DNA of 46,010 nucleotides, filler included, from Jimgerdemannia flammicorona (lineage: Eukaryota): the NCBI GenBank assembly GCA_003990765.1. It is 2 parts of 2 records of this genome, joined end to end, with 100 filler letters (N's around TTAATTAATTAA, not from the genome) between each part and the next. Parts side by side here need not be neighbours in the genome. Positions count along the whole stretch, not along the records: positions 1 to 22,960 come from RBNJ01001178.1; positions 23,061 to 46,010 come from RBNJ01001179.1. The stretch is one strand, 5' to 3'. Both the position numbers and the translations under genes were made by a program. Below the pieces are notes generated by a model that worked only from the letters and a program-made list of their open reading frames with translations, was not told where the DNA came from and did no database searches. Positions 22,806 to 34,778 of the stretch are shown here, in pieces (position 1 is the stretch's first letter; each line of letters starts with the position of its first letter).

Positions 22806-22960
22806 GATTCTGATAAGTTTGAAGTAGTTTGAAGAGATATTAATTTTTTTTTTAAAACTTTATTTAAATAAATAAAAAATATATATTTCTTACTCTATAA
22901 TATAGTCAAATTTGGCAAATAGATAATAAATCATTATATTATAATAACTTTAAAAAAAAT

Positions 22961-23060
22961 NNNNNNNNNNNNNNNNNNNNNNNNNNNNNNNNNNNNNNNN
23001 NNNNTTAATTAATTAANNNNNNNNNNNNNNNNNNNNNNNNNNNNNNNNNNNNNNNNNNNN
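22961..23060. other. Assembly gap with TTAATTAATTAA spacer
   Basis: N runs flanking a palindromic linker with stops in all frames. Confidence 0.95.
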
Positions 23061-24283
23061 TAAAGTCCCTTGGACTGACCTTTATTACTGATGTCTATAA
23101 TTCTAACAATACAATGTCACCCCCAACCTCAACCAATGCCCCGTGGACCCAACCCTCTCCCCTCCACCTCTCTCTGCCCAAGTACTACCAAATTACCCAT
23201 CACCCAAATCCTCTCCCCACTCTTCTGGAAGATACACTGCACCAAACCCCGGCGATTCCCCCCACCCAGCCCCCACCCTCGCCACCAGCTATTCAAAATG
23301 TCTAATAGTAACCATTCCCAATGTGCCACCTTATCCACAACCCCAACCCACTGTCTCTCCTCAAAGACATGAACTCAATGCCCAGCCAACCCAACCCACA
23401 TGGCCAAAGCCCAACTAAGGGTCAGCCATTCATCCCCAACCCCACCCACCAGTCACTGGCAGAGCTCTCCCCATCTCCCCCCTTTCCCTCTCTCCAAGGC
23501 ACACAGCCCTACCTGGTCCATAATATACCTCCAAAACTCCTCCAAAACCTCACACTCACTAAGCCAATGTTCAGGCATTTGTACCACCCCTTCCTCCTGA
23601 CCAACATTGAAACAATCCTCATACTCGAATACTCTACCATCCACTAAGTGCCCAGACCAATAGTTCAATATCACATTCTACCATAGGACATACCACTATA
23701 TCACTCAGAACTTGGGAGGCAGCCACTGCCTCACTCATTTGCTCCAAAGCCAGAATCCATTCCAATCCCACTCCTCACCAATTCCAACCCTCTGCCAGGC
23801 TTCGGGCCACAGGTCTCCACCCAGGCCCCGCAGACACTCCAAACCCTCACCAAGCTGAAAATTCTCCACTGGAACACCACCCAGTAGAAGCCTGTCCCAA
23901 TGCCACATCTGTAGTTCCCAATCCTCCTCAGCTTCATCACCTCACCAACAAAGTCTAATTTTCTTAGTACCATCCACCACCCCCTACTAGAAGCTGGTAA
24001 ACCACATCCTCCTGCTCCTATCCATAGCCACCATTGTGAGCAGGTCACCAGAGTCACTACGAAGGGAATACCAAACCTCCCACAATCTCTACATAAGTGG
24101 CACCCACTCCTGACCTCTAAGCTCACTCACTCTTCACAACCACCAAGCTCTCAAACATTGAAGCCACTTAGTAAAGTCAACTAAGCCTAGCCCACCTCTT
24201 TCCAAGAGCAGTGTGAGCACCTCCCAACTCACCTGACTTTGCCGCTTCCCCTAGATCTATGACCTCACCATCTTCAACAGCCC

Positions 24284-26347
24284 TGTAAGAGGGTTGCTTT
24301 TTAGGGTAACCATTATGTAGTTCTGGAAGGGTTTTCTGGAAGTTCTGGATATTCTGGAAGACTGTTTTCTTATGGTCAAGATCAATTTCATATAGAGTAT
24401 GTCCTCTATGCTTATTGATTTCAAGATCGAGTTGACGTCTCAACCAAAGTCCTTTTTTGGACTAGTTCTGGATGTTCAGGATTTTCTATATTTCAGGAAG
24501 TTTAAGAAACTAAGACCAGCTTAGTTGAATTGGCATATCACTGCAAACAATACCCAATTAGGAAATTTCATGACGGGGTTAGGAGTGGGACCTAACAGAG
24601 AGTGGATTTACTTAAGAGTAGTTTGTGGGTTATTAAATAAGTTTATTCGCTATTCATAATATTGCTATACTAGGAGTATTTGTATAAAGGGATATTGTGG
24701 GGAAGTGCTCAGGAGTTGTGTTTGAATTGTTCAGGTCTGAGATTCTGAGGTCTGGGAGAGGGGGTATTTATACTAGTGAGGGCTATCTGGGCTATGCTGA
24801 ATATGGATGTAGTACTAAGTGCCTTGCTGAGTTGGAATATAGTCACATAGTACAAGTGTAATCTGATATGTCAAGAGATTGTCTGACTGCTGAGTCAGTT
24901 CACAGTTACGTCATATAAGGCTAATCTAACTATACTATGACTGCTAAGTTATTTATAGGTTTAGACACTGTCTGGGTAGTCTTCAATGACATCACCATTG
25001 ATGATATCATCTCTGATGAAGTAGTCATCTAGGAAAAATAGTTCACGGATTACTTCTCCTTGTTCGCTGAGGTAATAATACATTGGAACTTCATCACTAT
25101 CCCACAGGATAGCATCATCTGTCTCATATGCTGGATAAGGTATTGGTGGGCAAAAGAGTGGTGCATTGTCTTTGCTTTTATCAGATTCGCTGTCTACATA
25201 CCTTCTGTAGGTTACAGCACTATGAGTCATGGGATTGTAGTATGCTGGTGGCTGTGGTTCATATTGCTCATACTCGGGTGGTGGGGTGGTTGGTTCGATC
25301 TCGAGGGTTGTCTGAAGGTACAGGTTGTGTTCTCTGGTTTCTTCATTGTAGTTGAAGTAATCGGGGGTAAATACGGATTGGTATTCATGCTAGTGATCAT
25401 TGTCCCAGTAAGTCTCATAGGTAGTTATGAACTACTGTAAGTTCATTAGCAAAGTTGGCGGTGTGATCAGGGTTGGTAGAGATCCTTGGCTTGAGGTCAT
25501 GTCAGTATCAGAGGGATCATTGTCTTCTGCTTCATCTTCATCAAACCGGATTATATCGTAGATGTCCTTCATAGTATATCCAACTTGGAGCATTTGTAAG
25601 ATATGATCATTGGGGTGTGGGAAGGTTCTGTCTGTGGTTTCAATATATTCAAGATACTTGTAGTTGAGTTCTTGTATCATGTCATCGATTTGGCCATAGG
25701 ATAGGGTAGCAACCATTTCAGCTGTAGTAACTTGGAGGTAGGGAATAATACTGCTATATTCATAAAAGAGTTCTCGGTGTTTGCGGGTGATGAGCTTCTG
25801 GTGTTGAGACATCTGGGTAATGTCTATATTGTGGTGATGTTTGACCATGTCTTCCAGGAGGCAGCTGATCTGGTAGTAGCTTGAGATTTATCCGATTCAG
25901 TGAGCCTCGCTAAGCATGTTCAGAGCATTCCATCGGGCTTCCACAAAGTAGAGGGGTGCTAGGCTATGGATATTCATGAGGGGCAGAGGGAGTGTGGCTT
26001 GGTTGACAATGGCATTCCAAATGTCAGCGTGGATATGGGTGTAGATCTTGGTAGTCATGTTTGTGTGTTTTGGAAGTTGTGGTTGTTGTTTGTTTTGGTT
26101 CTCTGTTTTGATGCATCTCAATGCTCGGTATATATATATTTGGTCCTGATTGGTAAGATTCTGTTTGTGTGAATCTTATGTTCTGTGACTTTGTATTGAC
26201 TCAGCTTTGTATGCTGTGACTTCAGTTTGACTCAACTTTGTGATCAAACAGATGATTTCCAGATTTGTTCAGGGGTCGCGTGTGATTTCAGTGGCTTGTT
26301 CAGAGGGTGACGTGTAATTTCGGTGGCTTAGAGGTTGTGTGCTTACA
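24284..26347 (-). repeat. 3' LTR of element D
   Basis: TGTAAG..CTTACA; colinear with 32715-34778 at offset 8431. Confidence 0.95.
24961..26058 (-). pseudogene. LTR-encoded ~365-aa accessory protein, copy 1
   Basis: Track ORFs 25897-26121, 25432-25848 and 24961-25230 share one frame; stops are C>T/G>A-type and several are sense codons in the other LTR; TATA at ~26129-26140. Confidence 0.8.
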
Positions 26348-26774
26348 ACTCTCCCCTTCTTAGCTTTTGACATCCTCGTCAGAGCCTTCTAATTTTGTTC
26401 TAGTATTATTATACCATTTGGGAGGTCAAAAGTTTGGTAAGGTCCATTTTTCTCAGAAAGTAGCATGCTTATAGTACAGTTGCCTAATGTATTGGATTCA
26501 CACGTTAACGGGTTGTGTATTCAATACCATGCGCCGGAAGTGATTCTGACATCATTCACTGCTGAAGAATTTCCTCTAAGGAATCTTCTTAAATGTCTAT
26601 GCCTTGTTTCCCACCAGTGGTATAGAGAGAATAGGCTTACTTTCAGTTTTGCTATTTTTCCAGAGGGTCGGTATTCTTGTCTTGTTTTGCTGAGTTCTTG
26701 ATTTGGTTTATGATAATTATAATGTTTGGGAGGTATAATATATAGTATGTATAGATAGGTATAGAGTATTGGTT

Positions 26775-28200
26775 TTAGTTGTTCAAGGAATTGTATTCCT
26801 GAACTAAGTCAGTAGCATTCTGGAGGTTGGTCTTGGGTTCCCATATTGCATCATGGATTGGATAATCTTTCCATTTAACAAGATACTCAGGGTGGTTCTT
26901 GTGGCCACATTTGTTGAGGATTTGTTCAACTTCATACTCTTCTTGGTCATTAATAATGACAGGTGCAGGTGGTTTCATGGTTCGGTTAGGGAATAGTTCA
27001 TCATCATTCTCATTATATCGCTTGAGATATTGGACATTAAAGACTGGGTGAATCTTAATGGTATCTGGTAGCACTAATTTGTAGGAGGTTGGAGAGACTT
27101 GTGCAATGACTTCGAATGGTCCAATGAACTTGCTGTTCAGCTTTGTAGATGGTCTGTGCTTGAGGTTGTCAACTTGGTATCCTTGGATGTCTAGTAGAAC
27201 CTTTTCTCCAATATCAAAGGTTTCTTCTCAGCAGTGTTGGTTAATGTACTGTGACTGTTGTTTTTGAGCTCGTGATAAGTTCTCGATGGCAATCTGGCTT
27301 AGATTGTGCATTCAGAGTAAGAATTCTTCAACAGCTTCAACTGTAGAGGGTTCTTCAGTAGCTTGGATGAGTGTCAAAGGGGTGTTTGGGTTCTGTCCAG
27401 TATTGGCAAAGAATGGGGTCATTTCCAGGGAGGCTTGCTTACTGTTGTTATAAGCAAACTCAACTGTGGTCAGGTGTTCATGCCAATCATCTTGTCTGTA
27501 GGAAACATAGTTCCTTAGCATTTGTTCTAGAGTTCGGTTCATTCTTTCGGTTTGGCCATCAGTTTCTGGGTAAAAGACTGTGGATAGTACAAGCTTTGTT
27601 CCAAGGTGTGCATGGAGGGCTTTCCAAAAATGGCTGGTGAATTTCAGGTCTCGGTCACTAACAATGATCTTAGGAAGACCATGATAGCAGAAGATGTTAT
27701 CAAATAAGAGTGTGGCTATATCTGGTACTGTTACAGTAGTGGTAGTAGACACAAAGTGGGCTTATTTGCTGAGGTAATCCACAAAGACAACAATTGCATC
27801 TTTCCCGTTCTTGGTTCGGGGTAGCTGTACAATGAAGTCCATAGAGATTTGTTCCCAATTAGCAGATAGCACTGGGATAGGGTGGAGTAGACCAGGTTTT
27901 GCTAGTGTTGAGGACTTGTTCCATTGGCAGGCATCACAGGAAGTGATGTAGGTCTTAAGCTGATCTGCTATGCAGGGCCAATAGAAGTTTCAGGAGATAA
28001 CTTCATAGCATTTATCAAATCCTAAATGTTCAGCTGTAGGGGCATCATGATATTTGAATAGGATAGTTTTTCGGAGGTCTCGGTTGTTTGGAATATACAA
28101 TCTGTCCTTGTAGTAGATAGCATTGTCCTTGAGTTGGTATTGATTGTACTGGGTATGTTTGTCAGCATCATCACTGTTCAGGACTTCACAGAGTACTTGA
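26775..28200 (-). pseudogene. Element D integrase and chromodomain
   Basis: HDAPTAEHLG, SDRDLKFTSHFW, TDGQTERMN, EEYEVEQIL..EYLVKWKDYPIHDAIWEP. Confidence 0.93.
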
Positions 28201-30230
28201 GCTTCTTTATCATCAGCGCATACTGTGATAATTTGTTCCATGATGGAGTTTGTAACTAAGGTGAGAGTTTGGATAACTTCTTCAATAGGTGGTCTGGAGA
28301 TTGCATCAGCAACAATATTTTCCTTGCTAGGGCGGTATTGGATTTCATAATCAAAGTTGGTGAGGACTTTCATCCATCTGGCTTGCTTTCGAGAAAGGGT
28401 AGCCTGAGTCTTGATGTTGACTAATGACTTGTGGTCAGTCAATACAGTAAAGTGTGCTCCTTCTAGATATGGTCACCATTTGATCAGAGTATCTACAATG
28501 GCTAGCATTTCCTTCTCATGAATTGTATAGTTAATTTCAGTATCATTGAACTTGTGGGAATGATAGGCCACAGGGTGTCCTTCTTGTATGAGTACTGCTC
28601 CAAGAGCTAGGTTAGAGGCATCAGTAGTAACTTCATATGGTAGGGCAGGATTTGCCGCTTGAAGTACTGGAGTGGTTATCAGGGCATCTTTCAGTACTTG
28701 AAAGGTGGTATCTTATTCAGGTCTCCAAGTTACAAGATTGTTGAAGTCTTTCTCTTGTTTTATGGTCCAGGGTTGTTCTTGTTTCTTACTGTACTTGGTC
28801 ATTTGAGTGAAGGTGGTAGTGATTTTAGCAAAGTTGGCAACAAATTGCCTGTAATAGTTTGCTAATCCCAAGAATGACTGGAGGTCTTTCAGCTTCTTGG
28901 GTCTGGGCCAATCTTTGATTGTAGAGATTTTGCTGGGGTCCACTTTGATTCTATTTGGGGTGACAATGTGTCCAAGAAATTGAATTTCTTTCAGGAGAAA
29001 TTTGCACTTGCTGAGTTTTGCAAAGAGTCAGTTTTCTCGGAGTTTCAGTAGTACTAGTTCAAGGTGTTCAAGATGTTCCTCCAGGATTTTGCTGAAGACT
29101 AGGATGTCATCAATATAGACAATAACAAATTTGTCCAGGTATGGGTGCAGGATAGTATTCATCAAGGTCTGGAAGGTTGCAGGAGCATTAGTTAGGCCAA
29201 AGGACATAACGAGGAACTCGAAGTATCCATAGTGAGTTCGGAAGGCTGTCTTGTAGATGTCTTCTTCTTTCATGGCAATTTGCCAGTAACCATTTCGCAG
29301 ATCAAAAGAGCTCATGAATTGTGGGTTAGTGAGCCTATCGAATATTTCATCGATTCTTGGTAGTGGGCAACAGTTTTTGATGGTTTGTTCATTGAGGTCA
29401 TGATAATCAATGTACATTTGCAGGTCTCCTCCTTTCTTGACAACAAAGAGGACTGGTGTACCATAGGGTGATACACTGGGTCTGATGAATTCTTGTTCTA
29501 GGAGTTCATTGATTTCCTTCTTGAGTGCATCAATTTCTCTCAGAGACATGTGGTAGATTGACTTGAAGGCTGGCTTGGCATCTGGGATGGTCTTGATGGC
29601 ATGGTCTACTGCTTGTTTAGGAGGTAGGCCTTTTGGAAGCTTCTTTGGGAATATGTCTCGAAATTTCTGGAGTAGTGGTCTGATATGGCTGTCAACTTTG
29701 GAAAAGTCTTCTTCAGAGTTCTCAGGTTCTCCTTTGGATGGATGGATGGAGATGGTGAAGAGAGGGTATTTCTTGGCCAATTTCTTAAGTTGTAACTTGT
29801 TGATATGAGTAATCTTTGGTCCAGAGTCACTAGAGTTAAGTGGGTCCTTTTCACCTTGCAGTTTGAAGTTGTGGTGTCCTTTCTTGATGGTCAGAGAATG
29901 GTTTACCCAATTGATCATAGGGTTCTCTTATTTTAACCATGGAGTCCCAAGGATGATTTCATTGTCAGGAAGTGGTATGATTTGGAGGGTAATATGTACT
30001 CGGTAGTCGCTGATTCGGAAGGGTAGATTGCAGACTTCTTTGCTAATAACATGTGAGATTCCATCAGCTGTAGCAACTGCTTGAGTTTATTGTACTGGAG
30101 AGGTAAAGACCTTAAGTCTGTTGGCTGTTTCTTTATTGATGAAGTTGCCTGAGACACCACTGTCTATCATAATCTTGACAGGTGCTCAGTTGATAAAAGC
30201 TTTAAGTGTAAGCAGTTTGTCTGATCCAAT
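28200..30230 (-). pseudogene. Element D protease, RT and RNase H
   Basis: [50 protein letters not shown]. Confidence 0.93.
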
Positions 30231-30279
30231 AGTAGTGATTTCAGTTGTAGGGGCTTTCCTTCTGTTGTTTCTTCTTGTT

Positions 30280-30690
30280 TGATGAGCTAAATCCTTTGAA
30301 TCCTCAGATGGTGGGCAGTAGTTCAGGGACTTCCTTGACTGTCAGGGTTGACTTGATTTTTTCAAATAGGATCTGGGCTATGTAGAAACCTATGGGGATC
30401 TTGAAGGGTATCCAACTATGGTTTCAGATGAGGACAATAATTTCACCTATATAATCTTCATCAATAACTCTTCCTTCTACTGAGAGTCCTTTCAATGCTA
30501 GGCTGCTATGACAGTATATTCTTCCAACATGTCCTTCAGGAATTTGGATACTGATTTCTGTATAGACTTGTTTGACTTCTCAGTTGGAAACTGTAGCTTC
30601 TTCGGCTGCATACAGGTCATATCCAGCTGCTTTTTGACTTCCTTTGATTGGGGCCTTAGCAGTTTGTCTTAACTTGACAAAGTCTAGTAT
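30280..30690 (-). pseudogene. Element D dUTPase (between Gag knuckle and PR)
   Basis: Manual translation: KAAGYDLYA, GRIYCHSSLA, RVIDEDYIG, IAQI, *GFKGFSSS. Confidence 0.88.
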
Positions 30691-30699
30691 TCTGGTGGT

Positions 30700-32680
30700 C
30701 AGGTTGTTGAGGTGGTGCAGAGTGGTAACCATTGCTCATGTGGCTGTTCGGGGTTTTCGGTTGGGGCAGGCACTGGCCATATGTCCTGTCTTTCGGCAAT
30801 AGAAGCATGCTCTGCTTCTTCAAAGTTCATTCCTTTCGCCTTCAGTAAGTTTCTTGAAGGTACTTGGCTAGGTGGGTTCATGATTTCTGGGTGTCCAAGA
30901 GGTAGATATGGAGGGAGCTCAGGATGCTTCATGCTTGGGTTCTTCTTTCTTGGTCCAAGTCTTTTCCTTGCTATTGAATTGTCTTTGGGGCAGAATTGGT
31001 CCAGCTGTTAGGATTCGCTTGACCATGGTCTTGATTCTTACCAGGCACTATTGTTGGTAATCACAACCAACTGGGTGGCCTTGTTCTTGGATTTTTCTAG
31101 TAAGCCATTCAGGCAGTGCATCAAATAAATAGTCTGCTCTTGTACCATTTCGTGCTTCATCATTGGCAATGTATCCTAGGCCAACAGTGTTCAGGAGTGA
31201 CTCAAGTTTTGTACAGAAGGTTTCGAATTCTTCTTTACCATGTACATCAAATTTGAGGTTGTGGAGTTTTACTCGAGATTCAGCAATCATGGTTTCACTG
31301 TAGTATTGAGCAATCATGAGTTGTTTGAGTCCAGGGGCTGCAGGATGGGCTCCATATCCTGGGGCATTGTTTGCTGCATTCTGAGCAACTACTGCAGGTC
31401 GGGTAACCTATGTGAGGGGTTTTTCAGGAAGGGTTCACCACCATTCTTTGGCAGGTCCTTGGAAGAATGTAACAACTTGGCGGACATAGGCTGTAGTGGT
31501 AGCAAAGAGTTGTTCCAGAGTGTAGTCTTGATTGTTTATCAGAACATGGTCAGCAACTCACTCATTGGTCCATTGATTGGCTTCAAAGTTGGTGTCAACT
31601 ACACTAATAAAGCTTTGGACTTCTTGTGCAGTACCATTGAAGGTAGGTAGGCTCAGATTTTTGGTAGGTCAGGTCTGTTCCACTAAGGCAGTAATGGTTG
31701 CTGCCATTATTGCTACCTGGGCTGTGAGGTCTAAAATCTGTTGGTTCACCATATTGTTTACTGGAGGCAGTTGGAATACTGGTAGTGGTGTTACTGGTAC
31801 TACTTGAGGTACTGGTGCAGAGTGTGATGGGGTTCTTTGAGTCTGTGTAAGTTGCTGGAGTAGTAGTTGTGGATCTGGAGTAAGGGCTTGATAGATAACT
31901 GTTTGTTACTGTGTAGGTGTATTTAGTCCTGATGGAGGTACTTCTTCTTCAGTGGTATATCCAGAATCGAATTCACTGAGATACTCCTCCTCTTCTTCGG
32001 TTTGGTCCCTGTATAATTGGGTTTGCTCAGCATCAAAGTAGATGGAATCAGTTATATATCTGATTTCAGATAGACTTAATTCAAAGTCGAGTTCAGGTTC
32101 AGTGTTGGTTTCAGATTCAGGTAGGGCTGTAGCAGGACCTGCTTCAGGTTTGGGGTCAGGTAGTTGATGAAGGGTTTCTCTTACTTCTTCTTTAAGAATA
32201 TGGCGGGCCTTGCTGTTCTGGAATTGGTAGTATAATGCAGTCTTGGTCCTGGTATGGTGAAAGTCAGTAGAGTTGAGCCACTTGGCTATAGAGGCTTGGG
32301 CTTCATGAGGAACTAAGGCTAGAAAGACTGCTACTGGTTATCCTAGGTTGCTTGGGTTTGTAGAGCTGATAAAACTCTTATTGAGAAGAGTAAAAAAGGC
32401 TTCTATAAGACCTTCTTCATCTTGACTTACTGGGTGTAGTGTAAGGAGTTCAGTGAATAGGTGTTTGCCTATTTGCTGATTTAATTGGAGTACTTCTTTT
32501 TTTGAATAAAGTTTGTCCTACTTGTTGCAGGTGTGGAGATCAAATTGTCCTTGTATGTCAGATTCAATTCTCTCCAGATTGTCAGATGGTTCAGGATAAA
32601 TTCCAGTTCAGAGGTTGGGCTTTATACTAACTTGTAGGAATTCACAGAAGGGTTTGTAGCAGGGTGAGGAAACATCTTGA
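30700..32680 (-). pseudogene. Element D Gag with long N-terminal extension
   Basis: CFYCRKTGHMASAC knuckle at ~30765-30810; capsid-like LPTFNG at ~31640; the same frame extends upstream to ~32620. Confidence 0.8.
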
Positions 32681-32714
32681 AGTGGAATTGGATTGTAAAC
32701 CGCTGCTACCAAGT

Positions 32715-34778
32715 TTTAAGAGGGTTGCTTTTTAGGGTAACTGTTACATAGTTCTGGAAGGGTTTTCTGGAAGTTCTGGATATTCTGGAAGACTGTTTTC
32801 TTATAGTCAAGATCAATTTTATATAGAGTACATCCTCTACACTTATTGATTTCAAGATTGGATTGATGTCTCAACCAAAGTCCTTTTTTAGACTAGTTCT
32901 AGATGTTCAGGATTTTTCGTATTTCAGGAAGTTCAAGAAACTAAGACCAGCTTAGTTGAATTGGTGTATTGCTGCAGACAATACCCAATTAGGAAATTTC
33001 ATGATGGGGTTAGGAGTGGGACCTAACAGGGAGCAGATTTACTTAAGAGTGGTTTGTGGGTTATTAAATAGGTTTATTCGCTATTCATAATATTGCTATA
33101 CTAGGAGTATTTGTATGAAGGGATATTGTGGGGAAGTGCTCAGGAGTTGTGTTTGAATTGTTCAGGTCTGAGATTCTGAGGTCTGGGGGAGGGGGTATTT
33201 ATACTAGTGAGGGCTATCTGGGCTATGCTGAATATGGATGTAGCACTAAGTGCCTTGCTGAGTCAGAATGCAGTCATATAGTACAAGTGTGATCTGACAT
33301 GTCAAGAGATCGTCTGACTGCTGAGTCAGTTCACAGTCATGTCGTACAAGGCTAATCTAACTATACTATGACTGCTAAGTTATTTATAGGTTTAGATACT
33401 GTCTGGGTAGTCTTCGATGACATCACCATCAATGACATTATCTCTGATGAAGTAGTCATCTAGGAAAAGTGATTCACGAATTACTTCTCCTTATTCGCTG
33501 AGGTAATAATATATTGGAACTTCATCACTGTTCCACAGGATAGCATCATCTGTCTCATATGCTGGATAAGGTGTTGGTGGGCGAAGGAGTGGTACATTGT
33601 CTTCACTTTTGTCAGATTCACTGTCTGCATACCTTCTGTAGGTTATAGCACTATGAGTTGTGGGATTGTAGTATGCTGGTGGCTGTAGTTCATGTCACTC
33701 GTACTCAGATGGTAGGGTAGTTGGTTCGATCTCGAGGGTTGTCTGAAGGTACAGGTTGTGTTCTCTGGTTTCTTCATTGTAGTTGAAGTAATCGGGGGTG
33801 AATGCAGGTTGGTATTTATACCAGTGATCATTGTCCCAGTAAGTCTCATAGGTAGTTATGAACTACTGTAAGTTCATTGGCAAAGTTGGTAGTATTATCA
33901 GGGTTGGTAGAGATCCTTGGCTTGAGGTCATGTCAGTGTCAGAGGGATCATTGTCTTCTGCTTCATCTTCATTGAACTGGATTATATCGTAGATGTCCTT
34001 CATAGCATATCTGACTTGGGGCATTTGCAGGATATAATTGTTGGGGTGTGGGAAGGTTCTGTCTGTGGTTTCAATGTATTCAAGATACTTGTGGTTGAGT
34101 TCTTGTATCATGTTGTCGATTTGGCTGTAAGACAGGGTAGTAACCATTTCGGCTATAGTAACTCAGAGGCGGGGAATAACACTGCTATACTCATAGAAGA
34201 GTTCTCGGTATTTGCAGGCAATGAGCTTCTGGTGTTGAGACATCTGGGTAATATCTGTATCATGGTGGTGTTCAACCATGTCTTCCAGGAGGCGGCCGAT
34301 CTGGTAGTAGCTTGAGATTTGTCCGATTTAGTGGGCCTCGCTAAGCATGTTCAGAGCATTCCATCAGGCTTCTACAAAGTAGAGGAGTGCTAGGCTATGG
34401 ATATTTATGAGGGGTAGAGGGGGTGTGGCTCAGTTGACAATGGCATTCCAAATGTCAGCATGGATATGGATGTAGATCTCAGTGGTCATGTTTGTGTGTT
34501 TTAGAAGTTGTAGTTGTTGTTTGTTTTGGTTCTCTGTTTTGATATGTCTTGGTGCTCAGTATATATATATTTGGTCCTGATTGGTAAGATTCCATTTGTA
34601 TGAATCTTGTATTCTGTGACTTTGTATTGACTCAGCTTTGTGTACTGTGACTTCGGTTTGACTCAGCTTCATGATCGAGCAGGTGATTTCCAGATTTGTT
34701 CAGGGGTCACGTGTGATTTCAGTGGCTTGTTCAGAGAGTGACATGTAATTTCAATGGCTTGGAGGTTGTGTGCTTACA
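32715..34778 (-). repeat. 5' LTR of element D
   Basis: Direct repeat of 24284-26347; terminal TG mutated to TT; PBS adjacent. Confidence 0.95.
33392..34489 (-). pseudogene. LTR-encoded ~365-aa accessory protein, copy 2
   Basis: Same ATG and stop positions as copy 1 at offset 8431, with a partly different set of mutational stops. Confidence 0.8.

Larger units (their letters stand above)
24284..34778 (-). mobile_element. Element D: chromoviral Ty3/Gypsy with 2064-bp ORF-containing LTRs (gag-dUTPase-PR-RT-RH-IN-chromodomain)
   Basis: LTRs 24284-26347 and 32715-34778; TSD AGCCC; PBS TGGTAGCAGCG (initiator tRNA-Met type); PPT AAGAAGGGGAGAGT. Confidence 0.95.

Noticed and set aside
23005..23016. 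TTAATTAATTAA palindrome inside N runs
   Set aside because: Scaffolding linker, not biological.
25013..25038. CTGATGA...GAAA in the D LTR as a second hammerhead
   Set aside because: No stem II pairing or compatible stems I/III; lies antisense to coding sequence.
26350..26720. Possible additional ORF between the D chromodomain and the PPT
   Set aside because: The best minus frame has many stops and no recognisable motif; only one copy is available to test.
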